Positions 1-9,495 of a stretch of 25,377 nucleotides of DNA are shown here, one piece after another; position 1 is the stretch's first letter; every line of letters starts with the position of its first letter. A program made the translations under genes and the position numbers. The notes under the pieces were generated by a model. That model had not been told where the DNA came from, did not search any database, and worked only from the letters and a program-made list of their open reading frames with translations. The stretch is from assembly GCA_050012475.1 (NCBI GenBank), contig JBEKHC010000078.1, positions 1 through 25,377 on the forward strand, read 5' to 3'. The DNA is from Candidatus Velthaea sp. (GTDB taxonomy: Bacteria; Vulcanimicrobiota; Vulcanimicrobiia; Vulcanimicrobiales; Vulcanimicrobiaceae).

Positions 1-301
1 GTGTTCACCTTCGGCCAATCGAACTACGCGGCGGCGAAGGTTGGAGTCATCGGTTTCACCAAAGCGCTTGCAGTCGAAGTGGCGCGCAACAACATCACGG
101 TGAACGTCGTTGCTATCGGTGCGATGGGCACCGAAATGTGGGGCACGGTTGCCGACCAGATCAAAGAGAAGGTTTACGAAAAGATCCCGATTCACCGCAC
201 CTGCACGACACAAGAGGCCGCGCGCGGCGTACGCTTCTTAGTCGTCGAGGGCGCCTATATCACCGGTCACGCCCCTGAACATGAACGGCGGCATTTACTA
301 G
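1..301 (+). pseudogene. 3' part of an SDR oxidoreductase (PhaB/FabG-like acetoacetyl-CoA or 3-oxoacyl reductase), cut by the window edge, with a +1 frameshift near the C-terminus
   Basis: FGQSNYAAAKVG (YxxxK) and NITVNVVA motifs. Removing one C from the run at 272-275 restores a typical SDR end, YITGHALNMNGGIY-TAG (299-301). Confidence 0.8.
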
Positions 302-510
302 GGCTGACCCAGGCCGACGTCATCGATCTGCCCTATAGGCCAAAACGGCCAGAGTGTATCACGTAGGGAATCGCCGAGCAGATCGGCCAGATCGGCTCGC
401 ATGCTCCGTCTTCACGATGATATATCTATTGTCACCTTAGTGCCGACTCAGGTTTACGCCACTTTGGCGGGCTTCCTAAACACTCGTCTAGCCTCGAAAG
501 GTCGAATATT

Positions 511-1065
511 ATGGCGACTCAACCGATTCAACCAACTGCTCAGGACGTTGCCAACCCCGCACCGCTAGGCCTCGCGGCGTTCGCACTAACCACGTTCATT
601 CTCTCAATGGCTAACGCTGGCCTGATCCCAAAGGCTGCGGAGAGCGTCTTTTTGGGCGCGGCCCTAGCGTACGGCGGACTCACTCAGCTGTGCGCCGGGA
701 TGTGGGAATTCCGGCGGAACAACACCTTCGCTGCAACGGCCTTCAGCTCGTACGGCGGGTTCTGGATATCGCTCGCGTTGCTCGTGTGGTTCTTTTTGCC
801 CAAGGACCCCTCCGCCATTCCGGCGGGAGTGGGGATCTTTTTGCTGGCCTGGTCCATCTTCACCCTTTACATGACGTACGAAGCTCGCAAGCATGCCAAA
901 CCAGTCTACGTGACCTTCCTGCTGCTGGCGCCGACGTTCTTTTTATTGGCCTTCGGTGCTCTGTTCCATGCAACAGTGCTTACGACAATTGGAGGCTACC
1001 TGGGCATCCTAACGGCGGTCGCCGCCTGGTACGCCTCATACGACGCCCTGAGCAAGTCCAGCTAA
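511..1065 (+). CDS. satP: Acetate/succinate uptake transporter, GPR1/FUN34/YaaH (SatP) family
   Basis: Signature ANPAPLGLAAF, YGGLTQLCAGMWEF and SYGGFW; about six hydrophobic helices; 184 aa. Confidence 0.92.
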   Translation: MATQPIQPTAQDVANPAPLGLAAFALTTFILSMANAGLIPKAAESVFLGAALAYGGLTQLCAGMWEFRRNNTFAATAFSSYGGFWISLALLVWFFLPKDPSAIPAGVGIFLLAWSIFTLYMTYEARKHAKPVYVTFLLLAPTFFLLAFGALFHATVLTTIGGYLGILTAVAAWYASYDALSKSS

Positions 1066-1095
1066 CTCCAATCTTTCTACATCGACAGCATGAAA

Positions 1096-1424
1096 CGCTA
1101 GCGGGGACGCGCTATTGCGTAAGCTTGCGGTGCTGCTGTGCGCGTCGGCGACGGAGCCGGGCGATATCGTTGCGCCCAATGAAGGCGATGAGTTTTGCGT
1201 GGTGTTGGTGGATGCGGAGAAGTCGCGTGCCATCGAGCGTGCGGAACGATTGCGGGCGAGCATCGCGGAAAGGAACTTCAGCGGATTGCACGCGCCTATT
1301 GCGGGAAGAGAAGACGTGCAAGAAGACCGGCCGCAACGGCGTTTCCTTTTTCGGCGTCGACGCATCACTCGTTCGCGGCGACGGCGCTACCGATGAGCGT
1401 TCCGCTGATCGACGACGCGAGTAA
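1096..1424 (+). pseudogene. GGDEF 3' fragment, copy 1 (most decayed of the long copies)
   Basis: ASGDALLRKLAVLLCASATEPGDIVAPNEGDEFCVVLVDAEKSRAIERAERLR; GGDEF has become EGDEF. Relative to copy 2 it lacks 95 bp (equivalent to 5210-5304). It ends [37 protein letters not shown]. Confidence 0.9.
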
Positions 1425-1497
1425 AGAATACGCCCGACCAACGAACGACAGCAGGGTTCATTTCCAATTATACCTGTCGGAGACGCTGCGCGGTCAT
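1425..1497 (+). repeat. Conserved tail downstream of the GGDEF fragment
   Basis: CCGACCAACGAA...AGACGCTGCGCGGTCAT matches 5420-5490. Confidence 0.7.
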
Positions 1498-1668
1498 CCC
1501 CAAGGCGCTGATGCGGCCGTTGCGATTCCTTGATCGCGTTGCCGATGACTACGTCGGCTAGGCGGGTTATTGGAGCGCGTCTGTCGAGTCTTAGCACACT
1601 CGGCGCCGCCTTCGCCGCGCACCGTTGGTGGTCGACGGGATGCGGCCGAATTTGGAGAATCAGCGTCG

Positions 1669-2062
1669 ATGCCTATCGATGAAGTGCTGGCTGCGCGTGC
1701 GCAGCGAATTGACCGACCGAACCGAAATCACCGAACGACGGATGTTCGGCGGCTTGGCGTTTTTAGCGAACGGCCAGATTCTCGTTGCCGTCAGCCGTAC
1801 GGGCTCGTTGCTCGTACGCTTGGAATCGGCGCAAGAGCGTGACGCGCTACTGGTTCAGCACCACGTCAGTCCGATGATCATGGGCGCACGCGTCGTCGAG
1901 CGCTTCGTTTACGTTGATCCAGCAGCGCTCGCATCGACCGCACAACTCCGCGAATGGATCGCGCGAGGCTGGACGGCTCTGACTGCATCTGCTGCCAAAC
2001 GGTCGCCGGCGCGCAAGCGGAAGGCTCCTCGAAGCCGGCCATTTACGGCCAGCCGTCGATGA
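1669..2062 (+). pseudogene. TfoX/Sxy N-terminal domain family protein with an early frameshift
   Basis: GGAG RBS, then MPIDEVLAAR in one frame, continuing VRSELTDRTEITERRMFGGLAFLANG...LLVRL...LREWIARG in another. Consistent with loss of 2 bp in the GCGCG run near 1693-1697. Confidence 0.8.
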
Positions 2063-2200
2063 AGTACGCCGCCTGTCCGGTGGTAAACGCCGACTTGCCC
2101 TCGACCTGCAAGGTGATCACTTCGCTGGCCTTCCGAGGTTCGCCCGGTCGCCCAAACGGAGCGTTGGACGATCGCCGTTCGTCCGTCGGTGTCATCGATG
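2043..2200 (-). pseudogene. Possible degenerate SDR C-terminal remnant
   Basis: PFGRPGEP...SAFTTGQAAYFIDGWP resembles the SDR C-terminal pattern PxGRxGxP...SxFxTGQxxxIDGG. No upstream SDR motifs are recognisable. Confidence 0.35.
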
Positions 2201-2440
2201 AGGCGTTGCGCCGATAGTGGCATGTCGCTGCGCTTGCAAATCGGCTGCGGACGCACTGGCGCTGAAGTATCGGGCTTTTACGGACGCTGCAAAGTTGAGG
2301 CGTTCGCGATAATTTCGCGGCAAGCCACCACGTACGCAAGGGCCAGATCTTCCGCATTGCCACCAAACCGCTGCCCATCCAAATCGCTGAGCGATGGCCA
2401 TAAAAAATGTATCAACGTAATCAAGCAGACGACTTAGCTC

Positions 2441-2484
2441 GTGGTTCCTCTGCGGCGATGGCGAAGTGACGCAGCCCGGTCGAT
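2441..2484 (+). repeat. Orphan copy of the GGDEF-downstream tail
   Basis: GTGGTTCCTCTGCGGCGATGGCGAAGTGACGCAGCCCGGTCGAT aligns with GTTCGTTCCACTGCACCGATGACGGCGAAGAGACGCAGCGCGGTCAT (5444-5490). Confidence 0.6.
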
Positions 2485-2781
2485 CCGGAAATGACCCTCC
2501 TTGCAACGCTTGACAGGCGTCGGCGCGCTCTGCAGCGCGATCTTTCGAGCGGGCGGCAGTCGTCTGCTCGAACGGCATCGGTCGCTGCTTGCGCGATGCG
2601 AGTGCCATGCGAGTGCCGCGCGATCTTCGCCTGCAACGGAGGCAGACCAGTCGACCTTTGCAAAGCTTTGCCGAGCCCCTCTGGTTGCAGGTTGCAAGGA
2701 AGTCAGCGGCTAAGCGGCCGTTTCATCGACCTTCGGGATACAGTTACCGATGGTCGTCGGTGATGGTTGCCGGAGGTCGTC

Positions 2782-3654
2782 GTGAAGCGCCTTTGTCTTG
2801 CAGCATTGTTTTTGCTTCCGATCTTGGTTTCTTGCGCCGGAGGCAGCGGCACCACACCTGGGCCCGTGCCGCAGAAGACCGTCACGACGGACGCGCGAGT
2901 GAGTGGCGCATTGACGGTAACCGCGACCGCGGCCACACTTCAAGCCGCTGAAGCGATCGCTCAGGGCCACGCTTCATCGTTTCCGCAGGCCAAAGACAAC
3001 GACGACGGCATTAGCGTGTATCCGAAATCGCTCACCTTCACTTCGCGGCATTCGCAAACGGTGACCGTCAAGGTTCATGAGGCGACGAAGGTGTTTGCGG
3101 GCTCCGAGGACAGTCGGGTGGCGACCGTGTCGCCGTCCGAGCAACGGGTTCGCAACTCCGACGGCGGATCGCTGACATTCAAGATCAAGCCGCGCACGGA
3201 CGATCCGGGCGCGACCCTGGTCTGCTTCCTGACCGCGGAATGGCACTTCGGCTGCGTCGAAGTCCGGATCGGAAGCGCAGTGCCGTCGCCGTCGCCGTCG
3301 CCCCCCGTGCCCTTCACGTTCAACCCGCCCTCGCCGCTCCATTTGGCGGGAGACGGCTTCACGACGGTAGCGGTTTCAGAGGCAAGCTACAGCGGACAAT
3401 TCAGCGTCACCGCCTGCAGTATCGCCTCGAGCGCCGGCGGATCGTGTGCAACGTACAAAAATGGTTGGGCCTGCACTGCGGTCGGCGCCGCAACGGCGAT
3501 TATGGTTCAATTTTATCCGGCCTCCGGCGGGACCACGGATACGACCTTTGATGCCGCGGTTGCCGTCGGCCCGTCTCCACCGAGCGTGAGCTGTCGGTTC
3601 ACGCTGGAGGATGCAAACGGGCACACTGCGATGTACACGATAAACGCCCCGTAG
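2782..3654 (+). CDS. Hypothetical lipoprotein, beta-rich/Ig-like modules with a Pro-Ser linker
   Basis: GGAGG RBS at 2772-2776; MKRLCLAALFLLPILVS-C lipobox; PSPSPSPP linker; several Cys pairs. Confidence 0.75.
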   Translation: MKRLCLAALFLLPILVSCAGGSGTTPGPVPQKTVTTDARVSGALTVTATAATLQAAEAIAQGHASSFPQAKDNDDGISVYPKSLTFTSRHSQTVTVKVHEATKVFAGSEDSRVATVSPSEQRVRNSDGGSLTFKIKPRTDDPGATLVCFLTAEWHFGCVEVRIGSAVPSPSPSPPVPFTFNPPSPLHLAGDGFTTVAVSEASYSGQFSVTACSIASSAGGSCATYKNGWACTAVGAATAIMVQFYPASGGTTDTTFDAAVAVGPSPPSVSCRFTLEDANGHTAMYTINAP

Positions 3655-3790
3655 CAGTCGGAGCATCGCAACCGCGCGGAAAGGTCCGAATCTGCGGATG
3701 CGCCCGAAGCTCTGCGCTGCGCGCCGGTCAAGCCGGTCATACTGCGAAAAACATCGGACGTCCTGATGCGGCTGCCGAGCGCGAAGGGCG

Positions 3791-4378
3791 CTAGACCGCG
3801 CCGACGGTCTGCTTCCAGCGCGCACAGACGCCGCGCAGCAGCGACGGATAGACAACGAGTTTTCGGAACGGATCGATCAGCGCCATGTAGACCGCTGTAA
3901 GCCGGCCGACACTGCGCACGTAGACGGCAAAATAGAAACGATAGGTGCTCGCCGTTTCAACCAGGGCGCTCAGCGCAGCGGCGTGGGCGGTGCTATTGAT
4001 CAGCTCGACCAACTGTTCGTTTTCGAACCGGTATACTACGCGGAAGAGCCCGTCGCGCCGGCCCGCCGGCAAGAGCGACCTCGTCCGATCCGCGACCGTC
4101 AGCCGATCTGCGAACGTTTCGGCACCGGTCGTCGTGGAGGGTGCACGATCCCAACCGAAAAGCCGGCCGATAAAAAAGCGCACATTCAACAATGCGCCGA
4201 CAACCAGTGAGGGCGTGAACACAGGCCCGCTCGCGACTCGAAGAAATTCGTCGAGCGTGATGCCGCGGCGTGAGCGCGGCAGATCGATCACCCATGCGTC
4301 GTGAAGCGGCACGCCCGCGAGAAATGCATGTACCCGCAATGGAAGCTCTTCGAACTCTTGCGCCGAAATCCGCGGCAC
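3791..4378 (-). CDS. DUF2867-like domain protein
   Basis: Probable GTG start at 4378 (MPRISAQEF...). LHDAWVIDLP, LFRVVYRFENEQLVELINSTAHAA and YMALIDPFRKLVVYPSLL resemble the DUF2867 pattern. Confidence 0.7.
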   Translation of the reverse strand: MPRISAQEFEELPLRVHAFLAGVPLHDAWVIDLPRSRRGITLDEFLRVASGPVFTPSLVVGALLNVRFFIGRLFGWDRAPSTTTGAETFADRLTVADRTRSLLPAGRRDGLFRVVYRFENEQLVELINSTAHAAALSALVETASTYRFYFAVYVRSVGRLTAVYMALIDPFRKLVVYPSLLRGVCARWKQTVGAV

Positions 4379-4826
4379 GGCAACTGCCCCCTGAGTCCTG
4401 TATTGCTCTGGTATTCGAGCAGAATCTGCGGTTCCCCACGTTGATCGCACATCGTCCGCAAACCGCCGCATTGCCTCACCAATCACGTCCTCGTAAAGCT
4501 GCGAATGCGCGTCGGCATCTCGAAAACCTTCACGAAGCTGATCCGCGTATCCCATAAATCCGTTCCGAAAAGAAGGGCGGAATACCGGTCGACGAGCTGC
4601 ACGCCGTTCACGGGGCGGGAACGACATACGACTCGATGGGCAGTTGGAAGAAGTGAGGGAGGCGAGCGCGCGATCCAGTTCACCGAATACGACACCAGTT
4701 TCTCGCGAACCATGGCGTAGTGTCTTGGCCTCCGGCTCGACGTTTCGGGATCGTACGAGAAGCTCCCCGAGAGAAGCCGAGCGAACCGGAGTTTCTCTTT
4801 AGGAGCACCAGGGGCGCCACCGATAG

Positions 4827-4953
4827 GCTTGCGATTTCCGGCAAAGGCACTTCGAGATTAATCGGGCCATACTCGTGCCTCGTGGGACCCTTGGGGGTTC
4901 ACGGAGGGTGCCGGGTCTTCGGCAAGCGTTGTGCGCACTTGGAAGTTGTCTAC
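4827..4953 (+). repeat. Putative integrative-element end/att arm joined to the GGDEF fragment
   Basis: Roughly colinear with 14014-14140. By hand count about 47/58 identity in the first block and 25/26 in the terminal GTTGTGCGCACTTGGAASTTGTCTAC. Confidence 0.75.
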
Positions 4954-5409
4954 CGCTTTAAACGATGGAATGACAACTACGGCCATGCCAGCGGGGATGC
5001 GCTTTTGCGCGCGCTTGCGGCGTTGTTGCGCGCCGCGGGGACCGAGCCGGGCGATATCGTGGCGCGCAATGGGGGCGATGAGTTCTGCCTGGTATTTGCC
5101 GAAACGGAAAAGTCACGTGCCATCGAGCGTGCGGAACGGTTGCGCGCAAGTATCGCCGAGGCGGACTTCAGCGGACTGCACGCGCCAACGGCGGGAAGAG
5201 AAGAAGTACGGATCAACGCGTCGATTGGTGTTGCGTGCTTCCCGGTTGATGCGCAATCGCCGGAGACATTGTTGGAAAAGGCCGACGAGGCAATGTATCA
5301 CAGCAAGAAAACCGGCCGCAACGGCGTTTCCTTTTTCGGCGTCGACGCGGCACTCGTTCGCGGCGACGGCATTGTCGAAGAGCGTTCTGCTGATCGACGA
5401 CGCGAATGA
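4954..5409 (+). pseudogene. GGDEF (diguanylate cyclase) 3' fragment, copy 2, open reading frame
   Basis: RFKRWNDNYGHASGDALL...ARNGGDEF...ASIGVA...LLEKADEAMYHSKKTGRN. The first beta strand and DxD acidic residues are replaced by the unrelated HLEVVY. Confidence 0.92.
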
Positions 5410-5490
5410 AGCAGAGGCGCCGACCAACGAAACTGCAGCGAAAGTTCGTTCCACTGCACCGATGACGGCGAAGAGACGCAGCGCGGTCAT
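5410..5490 (+). repeat. Conserved tail downstream of the GGDEF fragment
   Basis: Similar to 1425-1497, 2441-2484 and 18413-18463. Confidence 0.7.
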
Positions 5491-5739
5491 GCGATAAACT
5501 CCGTACGCGGAACGATGTACGGAGCATGTACGAGATCATTTCGCGTGAGTGGATGGGCTCGTTAGAATCAAAGAATCGCGCCCATGTCGCCTGGGTAGTT
5601 GCTTTCGGTAGCGATGTGGTGCCAACGCGACCATAGAATTCATTATGTGCGTCCCAGACCGGCAGCCATCGGTCGAAGTCTTGTGGAGTGACGGAGCGAA
5701 CCCGAACACGATTCGACCGCCAAATCTACCTGGGCGCCG

Positions 5740-6065
5740 AGTCGCGACCGTAGGCGCAAAAGTTCTCCAGAGCCGCGCTAGCAGCGCTGCGCGGCCGCGA
5801 TGCACGACGCGATTGCGGCGCCGAGCGCATCATAGGTGGGCCGGCTCCGAACCGTAATCGCGGCGTCCGTGCAGGCCAGCCCCGCATACGCCGAGTTCGA
5901 GCGGACGCATCAGCGTGAGCCGCAGGGCAACGTGAAACCAATCGAGGACGTGCTCTGCCTGCGAGCTCATGCGCATCCGGATGTTGCGAACGGTGTTGCC
6001 GCCGTCGGAGAGAAAAACAAGCTGCCGATTCATTGGAAAGCTCTGCGACGCGAGCGGTCGCAGTG
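5740..6065 (-). mobile_element. ISKra4-family (IS256/Mutator-related) transposase internal fragment, degenerate
   Basis: LASQSFPMNRQLVFLSDGGNTVRNI...AEHVLDWFHVALRLTLM matches the ISKra4 FLSDGG...LDWFH region. Weak continuation (LENFCAY) to about 5740. Confidence 0.75.
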
Positions 6066-6071
6066 GCGATA

Positions 6072-7457
6072 TTAGCACTTAGGGAGATGGAATTCCACGG
6101 CCAAGCCGCCCAGCGAAGTCTCTTTATATTGCATGCTCATATCGGCGCCGGTTCGGCGCATGGTGTCGATGACGCGGTCGAGCGAGACGTAATGAGGCTG
6201 TTCGGTATCCATGGCCAACCGTGCAGCCGTAAGTGCTTCGACGGCAGCCATCGCGGTGCGCTCGATACACGGAATCTGGACGAGCCCCCCAATCGGATCG
6301 CAGGTCAGTCCGAGCATGTGTTCCATCGCAATTTCGGCGGCGCTGGAGATCTGCTCGGCTGTCCCGCCCATAGCCGCGACGAAACCGCCGGCGGCCATCG
6401 ATCCTGCCGCGCCGATCTCTCCTTGGCAACCGACCTCCGCGGCGGCGATCGACGCATTACGCTTATAGAGCGTACCGATGGCGGCAGCGGTTAGTAGGAG
6501 ATCGAACGTCCCCTGCTCGGTGGCGTGCTGACAGAAGTTCTCGTAGTACGCGAGCACCGCGGGAATGACGCCGGCCGATCCCAACGTCGGCGCCGTCACC
6601 GATCGGCCGCCCGCGGCATTCTCTTCTCCGACGGCGATTGCATAGAAGCTGATCCAATCCACGACGGCTAACGGATCGTCGAGCGAAGATCCCTCGAGGG
6701 CCTCGAGTCGCTTATACAGTTCCGGCGCGCGCCGGCGGAGATTCAGTCCGCCGGGTAGGACGCCTTCATGCGTTTTTCCGGCGTCGATGGAACCACGCAT
6801 CGTGGTGAGGATGAGCCGCAAACCGGCTGTGATCTCGGCATCGCTTCGCCAGCAGCGTTCGTTCGCCAACATCAGATTGGCGATGCTCAAGCCGGCCGTG
6901 TCCGCCATGACCAGCAATTCGGCGGCTGAGGCGAAGTCGTACGTCGCGGCTGCTCTTTGTTTTGCCAGCTGCTTGCCCAGCAGCTCTTGCTCGGTGACGA
7001 CAAAACCGCCGCCGATCGAGAAATAGACTTGCTCGGCAAGCACGGTTCGATCGACGCCGTACGACGTGAAGCGAATTGCGTTCGATGCGCCCGGGAGTGT
7101 CTTCCCGCGCCAGAACACCAGGTCGACCGGCTCGTCGAACGCCACCGCGTACTTGCCGAGCAGCTTGATGGACTTGCGCGTCTGAACGGCCGCGATGAGC
7201 TCACCGATTGCAGCGGGATCGACGGTGTCAGGCTTTTCACCCATCAACCCCAGCTGGATCGCGCGATCGGTGCCGTGACCCAGGCCGGTGAGGGCGAGCG
7301 AACCGAACAATTCGCACGAAATCCCCCGAACGTCGGCGATGATCCCCTGCTCTTCGAGACCATGGGCGAACAACGCGGCCGCCACCATCGGCCCAACCGT
7401 GTGGGAGCTCGATGGGCCGATACCGATTTTGAAGATATCGAAGACGCTATTTGCCAT
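6072..7457 (-). CDS. sdaA: L-serine ammonia-lyase, Fe-S dependent, single chain
   Basis: [72 protein letters not shown]. Confidence 0.97.
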   Translation of the reverse strand: MANSVFDIFKIGIGPSSSHTVGPMVAAALFAHGLEEQGIIADVRGISCELFGSLALTGLGHGTDRAIQLGLMGEKPDTVDPAAIGELIAAVQTRKSIKLLGKYAVAFDEPVDLVFWRGKTLPGASNAIRFTSYGVDRTVLAEQVYFSIGGGFVVTEQELLGKQLAKQRAAATYDFASAAELLVMADTAGLSIANLMLANERCWRSDAEITAGLRLILTTMRGSIDAGKTHEGVLPGGLNLRRRAPELYKRLEALEGSSLDDPLAVVDWISFYAIAVGEENAAGGRSVTAPTLGSAGVIPAVLAYYENFCQHATEQGTFDLLLTAAAIGTLYKRNASIAAAEVGCQGEIGAAGSMAAGGFVAAMGGTAEQISSAAEIAMEHMLGLTCDPIGGLVQIPCIERTAMAAVEALTAARLAMDTEQPHYVSLDRVIDTMRRTGADMSMQYKETSLGGLAVEFHLPKC

Positions 7458-7463
7458 CGCTAT

Positions 7464-8133
7464 TCATCCTTGGAAAAAGCTGGACGGTGCCGCGTGCGCA
7501 GCGACCGCCGGCGCGCTGTAGATGCGCGTGAATCGAAGCCCCAGAGCGGTCAAGATCGTATAGCCGATCGCACTCGAGCGAGCCGCGAGATCGTCCACAC
7601 TGATCTGGCCGCCGAGGACTTCCGCCATCGTCGCCGCATGCAGCAGTTGCTCGGGTACGTCGGTGGCATCGAGCACGGTGAGGTCCATCGACGTGCGCCC
7701 CACAAACGGGCACCGATAGCCTGCGACGATCGCTTCGGCGCCGGATGTGGTGCGACCGTCGGCGGCCCCGACAGCAACGGGAGACCCGTCGGCACAGCCC
7801 AGACTCAGCGTCGCAAGGTGCGACGGGCGCTTCGTCGTCCAGTGGGCATTGTAGCCGACGGTCTCGCCGGCTTTGATCGAGCGCACTTCCAAAATCCGCA
7901 CGCGCAAGGACAACGCCGGCTTCATTCGGATTGGGATGACCCGGTGTCGGATTGCCGCCGTAAAGTGCGAAACCCGGGCGAACCAGATCGTAGAAGGGGC
8001 GGCTGGCAAGGAAAATGCCGGACGAATTCGCGAGGCTCGCCTCGACCGTGCGGTCGAAGTAGCCGCGCAGTTCCTCGAATTGCGCGATCTGATGGTGATT
8101 GCCCGGATTATCCGGCTCTTCCGCTGCGAACTC
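7464..8133 (-). pseudogene. alr: Alanine racemase, 5'-truncated and frameshifted
   Basis: SLANSSGIFL...YDLVRPGFALYGGNP, a +1 A at 7925/7926, then MKPAL...GETVGYNA...GCADG...GRTSMDL...IGYTILTALG. No AVVKAxAYGHG PLP-lysine region is found upstream. Confidence 0.9.
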
Positions 8134-9078
8134 ACACTCCGTGCCGCCCTCGAGTTCGAGCCGATTCTTGTCCGTCACCACCCGCGAGGCGAACGGCCAC
8201 GAAGTCGTCCTGATTGGCCAATCCTTGAAAATTTTTTTGAACTGCCGATCACGGGGCGCAAGCCGTACTCCATATACAGCATACAAGCGCGACGCTGTCG
8301 CGCGCTAAACCATTGAGAACGTAGATCGTCGCGTGCGGAACAATTGTTCGTCGCACGCACTACATTGGTCATCGCACCTGCTCCCCAACCATTTTCGCAC
8401 CGTGCCGACATGGCCCGACGCATGTTCAACGAGTCCCTGGAGTGCCAAGATTAACGTGATGGCCGAATTTCGGTGCCAAGCTTGACCATCGCACCAAGCG
8501 GGCAAGCGACGCAGCAGTTACGTCTTTCGAGTGACCGTAATCCCCGCGTTTCGAGAGTCTAGCGCAGCCGCGGGTGAGCCGGTATCGTGAAATACATGGA
8601 ATTAATCTTCGTCCGCACCTCTCCCGATGACGGCCACCAGATCGCTTTCAAGGCGAAAGCAACTCAATGAGCTCTTGGGGTCTACTCACTTAAATATAAG
8701 ATCGCGATAGCAGCAGGACGTTACAACCTGTTGGGACGTTTCTCGCCAGAGCATTTTGCCGGGGACCTGCAGATACTGAGAGCTACGTACGAACTGCCAA
8801 TAAACAGTAAACAACGACCCTTGCATACGAGCCGGAGAGCGACCCCACCCAAAAGACATCTCAGTTTGCTCTTCGCCAAGTTTGTCACAGAGCGGACGCA
8901 ACTAAAAAATGGCCTACCGGCCTACTTAAATTTCAGATAAGCAACGGATACGATCGAAAACGGCGCCGTTCCATGAATTTAACGGTACCAACAAAAGTTC
9001 AACTGCTGTAGACTCGGGCGACGGCGCGAAAGAAAGTTCTGCCAGCATGCCGCGGGCAAGAAAATATGGTTCAACTCG

Positions 9079-9453
9079 ATGCAGGTCGTCGACACGAGTG
9101 GCGCTCCCAGGGCAATCGGCCCGTACTCGCAGGCAATCGTCGTGGATGGGTTTCTTTTTACATCCGGACAGATTCCGCTCACGCCAAGCGGTGATGTAGT
9201 CGCGGCCGACATTGAGGCACAAACGGACCAGGTCTTGAGCAATCTCGCGGCGGTGATCGCCGCCGCCGGCGCATCGCTCTGCGACGTGGTCAAAACGACG
9301 GTATTCGTCATCAATCTGGACGACTTTGCGCGCCTCAATGCTGTGTACGAACGTCACTTCGGCTCGCACAAACCCGCCCGCTCAACCGTGCAGGTCGCAC
9401 GCTTGCCGCGCGACGTCTTGGTGGAGATCGAATTCATCTGTCGCCTGCCTTAG
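9079..9453 (+). CDS. ridA: RidA family reactive imine/enamine deaminase
   Basis: APRAIGPYSQA, SGQIPL, VVKTTVF, KPARSTVQVARLP, VEIE. Confidence 0.95.
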   Translation: MQVVDTSGAPRAIGPYSQAIVVDGFLFTSGQIPLTPSGDVVAADIEAQTDQVLSNLAAVIAAAGASLCDVVKTTVFVINLDDFARLNAVYERHFGSHKPARSTVQVARLPRDVLVEIEFICRLP

Positions 9454-9495
9454 GCGCAACATAGCGCGTCAGGGAAGCTGAAAAGGGAACGGACT

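Noticed and set aside
4928..4953. dif/Xer site (reverse strand AGTGCGCACAA resembles the XerC arm GGTGCGCATAA)
   Set aside because: There is no XerD arm (TTATGTTAAAT-like) at 6-bp spacing in either copy.
6957..8213. 418-aa plus-strand ORF and similar long shadow ORFs (e.g. 21089-21982, 690-1424)
   Set aside because: They are antisense or alternate-frame to well-supported genes, Arg/Pro-rich, and expected in high-GC DNA.
8440..8485. Sigma-54 promoter on the minus strand (TTGGCAC twice)
   Set aside because: The -12 position reads TTCG or GGAC rather than TTGC.
8560..8900. Glycine riboswitch upstream of the amino acid genes
   Set aside because: Only isolated GGAGAG/CTCAG-like words are seen; the conserved CCGAAG core and stems could not be built.
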